From contig NC_068999.1 of the NCBI RefSeq assembly GCF_001194135.2, positions 20,885,561 through 20,949,560 on the forward strand: a stretch of DNA of 64,000 nucleotides, read 5' to 3'. Position 1 is the stretch's first letter, and each line of letters starts with the position of its first letter. Under the pieces are notes generated by a model. That model was not told where the DNA came from and did not search any database. It saw only the letters and a list, made by a program, of their open reading frames with translations. Of the stretch, positions 54,156 through 64,000 are shown one piece after another. The position numbers and the translations under genes are program-made. The stretch comes from Octopus bimaculoides. Its lineage: Eukaryota.

Positions 54156-54925
54156 NNNNNNNNNNNNNNNNNNNNNNNNNNNNNNNNNNNNNNNNNNNNN
54201 NNNNNNNNNNNNNNNNNNNNNNNNNNNNNNNNNNNNNNNNNNNNNNNNNNNNNNNNNNNNNNNNNNNNNNNNNNNNNNNNNNNNNNNNNNNNNNNNNNNN
54301 NNNNNNNNTATATATATATATATATGAATATATGTATAGACGTACACATATATGCGTCTATATTTATTCATATATATATATATATATATATGTCTCTAAT
54401 GTATTTCGATGTGTATAAATATATATGCATACACACACGCACACACACACAAACATATAGATAGATACATACATACATACATACATACATACACATACAT
54501 GTACACATGACTGCGTGTGAATTCGTATGTGAATGCACTTGTGCATGTATCGGCTACTCACTGATGAAAGTCAACAAACACCTCGTAGCTGTATTAGAAC
54601 GTGTCAAATGATAAAATAGATTGTCACAGAAAATCCAACAGCTAACATTAACTAGAAACGAAAATAGACGGGCGCCATTTGGATATCGGTTTATTAAAAT
54701 GCCCAGTGCAATACGCGAGAAGGAGTTATTAGTGAAGGACTATCTACCCGAGTAAAATACTTTATTAGACCTCACTATAACCGGTTAACAATATTGTTTA
54801 GATCAGTAAAGAACGCCGTGTATTCTACTGCCCACATTTCTGTTGTTTTTAATCTGTGGTTGTGCTACCCTAGTTATACTGGTTTTTACAGCCTTATATA
54901 GAAGACTGATTTTGTCTTTTATATG

Positions 54926-55053
54926 CAGTAGTACCTCGGTTTTCTAACGACTCTGATCACGAATAAATCGTGCTTTATCTCATGTCTTTCTCATATTCAT
55001 CTAACTGAGTAGTACCTCGGTTTACGAAGGCCTCCGATCACGAATAAATCGTG
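54926..55053. repeat. Tandem duplicate of a 46-bp pogo/Tigger-like transposon terminus
   Basis: agtagtacctcggttt..gatcacgaataaatcgtg occurs at 54927-54972 and 55008-55053. The first copy begins with CAGT, as Tc1/pogo ends do. Confidence 0.6.
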
Positions 55054-55070
55054 TTATATATATATATATA

Positions 55071-55272
55071 GTCTGTCAGATACCGACCATGATGAAATAC
55101 CAAAACTGTATTAAAAATACGTATTCGCCTTTATATATTTAATCCTTTATATTGAGCACTCAATATTTCATATATTCAATAAGACATATTCCATATATTC
55201 AATAAGACATTCAATACTTCATTTCATTGTACCATCCATTTTTTATATTATATATTATATATTCCCTATTCT
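55071..55272 (+). repeat. Copy 2 of the hammerhead-motif repeat
   Basis: Homologous to 50940-51213; motif gac-c(a)tgatga-aatac[caaaact]gtatt-aaaa-atacgtat-tc-gcc. Confidence 0.78.
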
Positions 55273-55735
55273 ATATCCCACATTAATTTTAAAAGAATAT
55301 ATATAATACATAAAAAACAGACAGAGTTGGAACTCATTTAATAAAATAATATATTCCTCTATACACGATCATACAAAACCCTCTTTTTTTATATTTATTG
55401 TTACTCACACACACANNNNNNNNNNNNNNNNNNNNNNNNNNNNNNNNNNNNNNNNNNNNNNNNNNNNNNNNNNNNNNNNNNNNNNNNNNNNNNNNNNNNN
55501 NNNNNNNNNNNNNNNNNNNNNNNNNNNNNNNNNNNNNNNNNNNNNNNNNNNNNNNNNNNNNNNNNNNNNNNNNNNNNNNNNNNNNNNNNNNNNNNNNNNN
55601 NNNNNNNNNNNNNNNNNNNNNNNNNNNNNNNNNNNNNNNNNNNNNNNNNNNNNNNNNNNNNNNNNNNNNNNNNNNNNNNNNNNNNNNNNNNNNNNNNNNN
55701 NNNNNNNNNNNNNNNNNNNNNNNNNNNNNNNNNNN

Positions 55736-55779
<44 letters not shown>

Positions 55780-56029
55780 ACATCGGAGTGACGCGCTTTT
55801 GTCCAAGCTGCACATTATGGAAGCACCAGACGCATTTCTGCCTACTTAAACCTTGTCTATGACGAGTAATATCTTGTCTTCTGTCGTAAACGGTAAATAA
55901 GGGTTCCGTAATTTCTGGCTGAATAACCTGTACAGATGGCTTGCATATACAGATCAATATTTTTGCTTCACATTTGCTTCAGAGACGCATGAAATCAACA
56001 TTGCCAGTAGAGTAGCACGTGTTATCACA

Positions 56030-56172
56030 CGACAAGCGTCGACGTGGGTACATATCTACATAAGATGAAACCTTTGGTCAATAATAGAATTCCCTGCCCG
56101 GTCCTGGAATCGAGACGACCGCAATCTTGCGACCATGAGAGCAACACTCTAACCACTAGTCCACAAACCCTC
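56030..56172 (-). mobile_element. tRNA-derived SINE head fragment
   Basis: The minus strand has ggactagtggttagagtgttgctctcatggtcgcaag..gtctcgattccaggaccgggcaggg, with A-box and B-box-like motifs. Confidence 0.6.
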
Positions 56173-56237
56173 AAACCAAGGTTGATAGATAGATAGATAC
56201 ATACATACATAGATACATACATACATACATACATACA

Positions 56238-56271
<34 letters not shown>

Positions 56272-56308
56272 CCGATGATGATGGTGATGATGGTGTTGAT
56301 GATGATGC

Positions 56309-56346
<38 letters not shown>

Positions 56347-56590
56347 TTGGGATTCGATTCAATAATGAACACCCAATTATCCAGGGTCATCGAGGTGAAT
56401 ATGACTTATTAAATGATGTTTTCCTATCGAAATGTAATGCAGAAAAATGGCAACTGCCGTTTTTGATATGCATATGTGCCTTGAGAGAACTAATAAACAG
56501 CCGAAGTCTTCTTTTATGTTGCGAAGTTTACGGTCATGTAAAATTAAACGGGCAAAAATGCCATCCTAAGAAGTGTTAACTAGCTTCGAA

Positions 56591-56625
<35 letters not shown>

Positions 56626-57009
56626 TNNNNNNNNNNNNNNNNNNNNNNNNNNNNNNNNNNNNNNNNNNNNNNNNNNNNNNNNNNNNNNNNNNNNNNNNNN
56701 NNNNNNNNNNNNNNNNNNNNNNNNNNNNNNNNNNNNNNNNNNNNNNNNNNNNNNNNNNNNNNNNNNNNNNNNNNNNNNNNNNNNNNNNNNNNNNNNNNNN
56801 NNNNNNNNNNNNNNNNNNNNNNNNNNNNNNNNNNNNNNNNNNNNNNNNNNNNNNNNNNNNNNNNNNNNNNNNNNNNNNNNNNNNNNNNNNNNNNNNNNNN
56901 NNNNNNNNNNNNNNNNNNNNNNNNNNNNNNNNNNNNNNNNNNNNNNNNNNNNNNNNNNNNNNNNNNNNNNNNNNNNNNNNNNNNNNNNNNNNNNNNNNNN
57001 NNNNNATAC

Positions 57010-57170
57010 ATAGGTACAGTCGTAGGTGTGTGGTTAAAAGCGTGCTTCCCAACCATATGGTTCCAAGTTCAAAGTTTAGTCTCACTGTCTTCTACTATAC
57101 CCTCGGGCCGACCAAAACCTTGTGAATGGAGGTTAGTAGTTGGAATCTGAAAGAAACCCGTTGTACGCAC
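57010..57170 (+). mobile_element. 5' half of the CORE-like SINE
   Basis: gtgtgtggttaaaagcgtgcttcccaaccatatggttcc..gtcttctactataccctcgggccgaccaaaaccttgtg. Confidence 0.8.
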
Positions 57171-57339
57171 AGACACACACACGCACATTTATATATGTGT
57201 GTGTGTATGTGTGTGTGTGATGTAATATAGATCTTCGTCCACTTCGTATGTGATTGTCAGCACTGCAACATTCTTGTCACCGCTATTCTATCGTGGCCGT
57301 ATTGTGTATCTTATTATCTTTGACTTACCAAACGTGTTA

Positions 57340-58786
57340 TCAATTAGAAGTTACCGGCATAAGTTGGAGACCGTACCAAAATTATGCAAATTAATAGTCC
57401 AAAGGGATGATCATCTGACTGGTCATACTGAACCGTTTTGTTTAATAATCGAGCATTTTTGCACATTATTTCAGTATGGGAAAGCGTCGTAGTATCATCC
57501 CGGTTACTAAATCAAAGATCATCTTGCTTCATCAGCAAAATGTATCCTCTATGAACATTGGCAGGCAATTGTGATGCAGCAAAACGGCTTGCGTTCAAGC
57601 ATGGAAGCTTTACCAAGCCACTGACCAATATAAAGATTGGCAAAGAACGGGCGCTTTAAGAAAAACAACACTACAGATGGATCGGTAATTCATATGCCGT
57701 CTGAAGGTAATCGAATGCTAACAGCAGAAGACATTTGCAAGCAATTCTCTGATGCAACTGACATCAGCTTTATACCATAAAATGTCTGAAACCACCTAAA
57801 AACAAATTTGGACAGTTCAGCCGGATTGCTTGAAGGAAGCCGAAAATTTCCGAGACGAACCGACGGTAGCAGATCGAGTTTGCTAAAAGCCACATTGAAC
57901 AGACAGCCGAAGACTGGTCAAAAATAGGAGCGACGAATCCCTCTTCTGCATCTTTGGATCAGACAGAAAGACTTGTTAGACGCCGTCCAACTGAAGAATT
58001 CCATCCTAAGTGTGTCAAGAAAACGGCGAAAGCGGGAGGATGGGGGGTTTAATGATGTGAGCTGCGTTCAGCAGCTTAGGTGTTGGTCCAATTGCTCAGG
58101 TTGATGGCAGACTGAACTGTGTAGGGTAACTGCAATTAGTAAATGAAAATGTGCTGCCATATTTAAATATTAAGATGCCACGGAGATCTATTTTCCAGCA
58201 GGACAATTGACCCGTTCATAAGGCTAGGAAAGTTTTGCAATATTTTGAGCGCAATACTATGGTACTTATTAAGTGGTCTCCGCAGAGACCGGATTTGTAT
58301 CCAATAGAAACTTTATGAACTTATGTTTTTAAAAGAGTCCATGCTAAAAAAAAGTAACAAATTTGTCCCAGTTATATAATCTTATTAAAGAAATATTGCA
58401 GAGCATTTCAAATGATGCTTGTGCTGATTTGTCGAACTCCATGCTCCGCCTTTGTAAAGCCGTAATTGAAAATAATGGCTATTGAGTTAGATACTAATAA
58501 TAAATCTTTGTTCGTTGATCATTTGTGCCGTAAATTTCCAATTTAAACAAAATAATGTCGGTACGGTCTTAAACTAATTTTCTCGACAATTTTTAATCAT
58601 TCAAATTAATTGCGCATTAAGATTATTCAAATTATAGAAAGATATATAACGCCTATATCATTCTAAAGAGAAAATAATTCTACACAAACTGCAAAAAAGT
58701 AAAATAATTTTATACAGTTTTGTTAAAAATAGATTAATGAAGGAATAGAGCTGTCATCATCGGTCTTAAACTTATTTTGGACAGTG
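57340..58786 (+). mobile_element. Degenerate Tc1 (DD34E) transposon with an IR/DR-type right end
   Basis: From the ATG at 57476: MGKRRSIIPVTKSKIILLHQQ..RQL*CSKTA..RKTT, SDESLFCIFGSD and FQQDN*PVHKA..KWSPQRPDLYPIETL. agaccgtacc (57368) is inverted at 58560. cggtcttaaact is repeated at 58564 and 58761, and the element ends in ...acagtg|TA. Confidence 0.85.
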
Positions 58787-58852
58787 TATATTTATGTTTG
58801 TATGTATGTATGTATGTATATGTATATATAAGTGTGTGCGTGTGAGTCTGTG

Positions 58853-58975
<123 letters not shown>

Positions 58976-59289
58976 GTGAGTTAAGGAAATGAGTTTCAGA
59001 CAGAGGGGAGTGGGTGGGGAAGCGGAATTTCATTTATAGTTTTCTTTTTAAGTGTCCGATGGCTGACGAAAACTGCTCAGAACTGTTTACTGTTAATTTT
59101 CAAACTTTTTCATTAAATGTCTTTAAGTGCCGCGTGTGTTGATGTTTGTTTTGCAACATCTCATACTCAATATGTCATAGAAAGATACAGCAAATATCCG
59201 CTCGATTTGAATTTCTTCCAATACGCCACATTGTCTTAGAGAATAGACGGACGCACTGGACAATATAGTCTTGGATACTCATATGTTGG

Positions 59290-59630
59290 TCTGCTCTAAT
59301 TGGCACTCCGTTTGTTACGACGATGAAGGTTCTAATTCATCCGATCAGCGGAACAGTATACTCGTGAAATTAACATGCAAGTGGCCGAGGACACCAGTTA
59401 TGCATAACTTTAACGTCATCCACAGTGAGATTCAGCATGATACAGAACATTATGGCACAAGGATGGCGCTTTGAAATACAGGTACTGTTCATTTTTACCA
59501 GTTGAGTGGACTGGAGCAACATAGATTTGTGTCTTGCTCAAGGGTACAACTCGCCGCTGGAAATGGAACTCACAACCTTAAGACTGAGAGCCGCTATCGC
59601 TAACCATTAATCCACACGCTATCTCTTGGT
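59290..59630 (-). mobile_element. tRNA-derived SINE with CORE-like segment (third family)
   Basis: The minus-strand head lies near 59625, followed by gttgtacccttgagcaagacacaaatctatgttgctccagtccactcaactgg. Confidence 0.7.
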
Positions 59631-60803
59631 CTACTGTAATCTGGTATATATGTGATCAGAGACCGGCTCACTCAGCGCTAGTTCAGATTTTAAACAACAA
59701 GAGAAGCACTACATTACTCCTTCGACAGAGTTATAAAATATCAAACAGCCTATGAATTCTACTCAAAATCCTATGAGGGTCTACCTTCACCTCAACCTAA
59801 CGGAAACATCATCTAAATGCACACGAATTACCTCATCCTGAAAAGAACGTATTATTTGACAGAGTAGTTACAGTTATACTAAAAAAAAGACTCACTTAGT
59901 TCTCGACATCAACAACAAAAACAGTCTTAAAAATCAAATTACTTTTTACAATTACAAATTCTAGCAAATGTGAATTTCTCTATTGTCATTAGGTGATACT
60001 TTCCTTTAAAAATCGTATCCAGGATATACAACGAAACACCTTAGTGCGGCATAGTGCATTAAAATAACATTATCCAGTATTTTTTTTATAAGCTCTGTTA
60101 ACGTTAGTGTCCCAAGAACTTTCCGTTTTAACAGATAATTCAATTTACTTTATTTTTTGGCCAAAGATTTTATTTTTTTTGTTATTTCATTTTGCAATTT
60201 GTAAACGATGGCGTAGTCAGTTGCAGTAACTAAAGAGTTAATCGCTGGTTCACTAATGGCGACAGTGATAAGGGAATGTCTCAAACTTAATAAATCACGT
60301 TCGCTGCTTGTAATAGAATTACTTGCAGTATTACGAGCCAATACAAGCCACTATGCAGTCGCTCGGTCTGAGAGAAATATGAGCTAAATTCCCTTGCAAT
60401 CAGAGGATTGATAATATAATCTGGGATAAACTTTGGCTGAAAAAAAATTAAGGACAGCCGAGTTTGAAATGTATTTAAATGCTGGCATGATCATTCAAGG
60501 TTGACTTTGGGGCGAAATAATGACAGCCAGAACTATAAACCACAGGTATACAGAACACAGCTTTCATACCAAACATAGTAACAGTGTTTTATTTTGTGTA
60601 CAATTTGCTAAATTAATATTATGAAACCGCCTGAGAAGATATCTATGATGAAGGAGCGCGTGCAATATATTCATGCTTTGTCTTCATCCGAGCTGTGAAT
60701 TTGTTGTTTGAGTTCTGTCTAATATTAGTTCCAAATTTTCCCACAAGGCCAGCAGTTCCAGAGTAGGGGTTAAGTGGGTTACATCGAAACCAGTGCTCAG
60801 CGG

Positions 60804-60848
<45 letters not shown>

Positions 60849-62855
60849 ATATTGTATTTCTAAATCTATCAAAGAGAGATGTACAGTAACAGCACAATAA
60901 TGTGATGAGTTTTTGCCAACATAATGTCATAATGTGGAAATCATAGGATGGGATGAATGTTACATTTAGCCCCAGTAAACATCGTTTCCAGCTGGATATA
61001 CGACACAAAAAATTCTGTGTCCTAACATTTTCGAACAAGGGAGATCATCAGCTCCATCCAGCACAACCTTGCACACGGACCAGGTTTCAGGGTTACTGCC
61101 CTTTATCAGCGTGGAGTAGCTTGGCTAGCAAATCCAACCAAGTTACTTCATATCTCTATTCGTGAGGCATCTCGACTGAATGTAGTTTAGAACCAGCTTA
61201 CTTTTCATTTCCAACTCTCATCAGGAATTTAGTGGGTTGGGTGAAGCTCCATATACACAAAATGTAGTAAGAATAAGATGCTAGCTAGCGGAATCGTTAG
61301 CGCGTCGGACAAAACGCTCAGCGATATTTCTTCGGACTCTATGGTTTGCTTAACTATGGAAGGAAATCATAGACATAACCAAGAATTTAACATAGTGAAA
61401 GGATCTTGAGAAATACATTTTTAAGATCTTTTTATGGAACGCAGTCGAAAACGTTATTGAAATCCTTAACATGAAACAAACTGGAATGTTACCCTGCCAG
61501 GGAATGGAATCGAAAACACAATCGGATTTTTTTAACCTAATGAAACAATACTATGGTGATCTGTCGGTTTATACACCAAGATAGAAACAATTTTAATACC
61601 TGGGAACGTATGATATAAAATATTTAATATTATCGGGGCAGAAAACTGACAGACGAAATGATTAACAGTTATTCTTCCGGTTCTTTACATTGTGAGTTCC
61701 AGAGTCGATAGAAGTAAAACCAGTTGAGTTAGTCGATGTAGTTGTAAGAAATGGAACAAGACTAATACGAATAGTGTCAATCAGAAGAAATCTGATTGCA
61801 AACATGTTAACCGGATTAATATTTCAGCAATATTTATCAATAAGCATGTTAATAATTCGTATGTGAACGAAAGTGTGAATTTCCGACACTTATGACTTTG
61901 TAACAAGTTACTGATTTTCAAAGAATAGTCCACATTGGCTCACAGTATCCTTTGCATTATGGAATTAAGAAGTATAATTGGTATTATATTTCCTGTAAAT
62001 ATTGATTTTACTATGTAATCATATTTGGTGACAATGCTTTTGCTGATTTCCACCAAAATTTTTTAAAAAACTGAAATAATCTTAATGAGAATCGAAACCA
62101 TATCGCAACAATTTTTCCTCTGAGAATTATCACAGCAATGAAAGGCATAATAAACGCTTTTCAATAAGATTCGATTGTTTAGGAATATAGGTTTGAGTAA
62201 ATGGTCTTAGAAATGGTTGTTAAAGTAGGAATAAAACTGAACGATTATATTTGTACATATATATATATATATATATGCATAATCTATATGTACAGAATCC
62301 GCTTTCCCTCAGAGAAAATCTATGGTTTTGATTTCACGGAATCTGTAGATAATTGAATTTAAGATGAAGATAGTATTTCATATAAATAATCAGCTTCTCA
62401 GGTGGTTATATCGAAAGATAGATAATAAATAATGTCCTATAAAACTCCAAAAATAATTATAAAGTTAAGTTATTATCAAATGATTTCATAATAATAATAA
62501 ATCTAAATTCATCATTTATCAATTTTCCATTGGAAGGACAGAAGAAATGTCTTGCCGAAGAAATTATCCAATAAAGCTATCAACTGGAAGTTTGGCCACG
62601 TGAAAGACGGATACCTCAGAGACATATTGTATTAATACATAAAGTTGAAGATAATAATTCACAGCTATTTATATATATCCTGAAAGCTACTCTAAGAATC
62701 ATCGCTTCCTTACGGAATCTTTCTAAACATATTGGAAATCATAGAATTTGCTCGGTGAAAGCATTATATATATGTGTATACATACATACGTGTATAGATA
62801 CATTTTATAAATGTGTGTTCATACACATATATATCCATGTATATGCTTATATTTA

Positions 62856-62918
<63 letters not shown>

Positions 62919-63360
62919 CCCAACGTTTATATTATGATTGTATGATTGCATGTATGTGTATATGTATGCATATGCCTGTATCTAAGCGTGTGTAATATAT
63001 GTGCGCATGTATGCATTCAGGAACTAATACAGGAAATGGCCAAACATAAAATCAGCTGCAGGCATATTTTTTTTAATTTTCCAAGTATGAGAAAGCAGAT
63101 CTTACATTTCAATGGCGAATTTACAGTATAGACAATATATGCGCATCAGAATGTTTGTGTATTTGTGCGTGCATGTCTATCTACTCTTATATGCACTTGC
63201 AGACGTATGCAGATATGTTTATACATATGTATATTTATATATANNNNNNNNNNNNNNNNNNNNNNNNNNNNNNNNNNNNNNNNNNNNNNNNNNNNNNNNN
63301 NNNNNNNNNNNNNNNNNNNNNNNNNNNNNNNNNNNNNNNNNNNNNNNNNNNNNNATAATA

Positions 63361-63579
63361 TATAGTTTTAGGGAAAATAACCAAGTTTCAAGAACTCATC
63401 ATCGATGAAAATTCACTATCACATATAGAAAAATTAGCAATTAAAAGCACAATAAATGAGTATAATATAAAGCAAAGTAAATATCATTTATTGTGCTTTT
63501 AATTTTTAATTTTTCTATATGTGATAGTGGATTTTCATCGATGAGTTCTTGAAACTTGGTTTTTTTCCCTAAAACTATA
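63361..63579. repeat. Long foldback: ~96-99-bp arms, 24-nt loop
   Basis: 63361-63459 is the reverse complement of 63484-63579 except for 4 substitutions and one 3-nt indel. Confidence 0.95.
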
Positions 63580-64000
63580 CATCTTATATATATTTTATCT
63601 ATAAAGCTCAATTTAATTTTAATTTTTTATAAATTGATTTTAATTGAGTTTTTACCTGTAATTTTGGATTTTGTCCCTAATATTATTATATATATATATA
63701 ATAGATAAGGATAATGTATCCAAGCGGGTGCCGTTCGAGTACTCAGTTATAATTCAGGTTATGGCTAACCGCTTCCTGTTTTAAGGAGCAATTAGGATTA
63801 CATGAGATGATTAACCCCAATGTATTTCATTCGCTGAGTAAATCCTAGGTTTGCTTCGCTGAATTGAGGAAAAAATGTATGGAGTCCAAGACAATTATGT
63901 TCTTTTCTACCCTAGGCACAAGGCCCGAAATTTTGGGGGAGGGGGCAGACTATTACGTCGAACCCAGTACGCGACTGGTATTTAATTTATCAACCGTGGA

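Overview
AT-rich eukaryotic genomic DNA, most likely an octopus (inferred from the SINE families I recognise and the dense TA/TG/GATA/GAT microsatellites; not verified by search). Twelve N-gaps cover about 5.5 kb and almost all are flanked by microsatellites. I found no confidently identifiable host protein-coding exon, rRNA, tRNA gene or CRISPR array. Nearly all listed ORFs are microsatellite or gap read-through, or fragments of decayed transposons. The window looks like an intron or intergenic transposon graveyard. It holds Tx1/L1, R4/Dong-like (RLE) and RTE LINE fragments, several Penelope-like (PLE) fragments, mariner, maT (DD37D) and Tc1 DNA transposons, hAT and probable Academ relics, MITEs and many tRNA-derived SINEs. 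The most interesting observations are: (1) two homologous repeat copies (about 51.0 kb and 55.1 kb) that both fold into a minimal hammerhead-ribozyme-like topology although their stems II and III have different sequences; (2) a full-length mariner inserted precisely at a TA inside a maT transposase; (3) a ~96-bp-stem foldback and a perfect 27-bp hairpin; (4) several nested insertions into microsatellites; (5) two TATA-plus-short-first-exon promoter candidates and a few unverified exon candidates.
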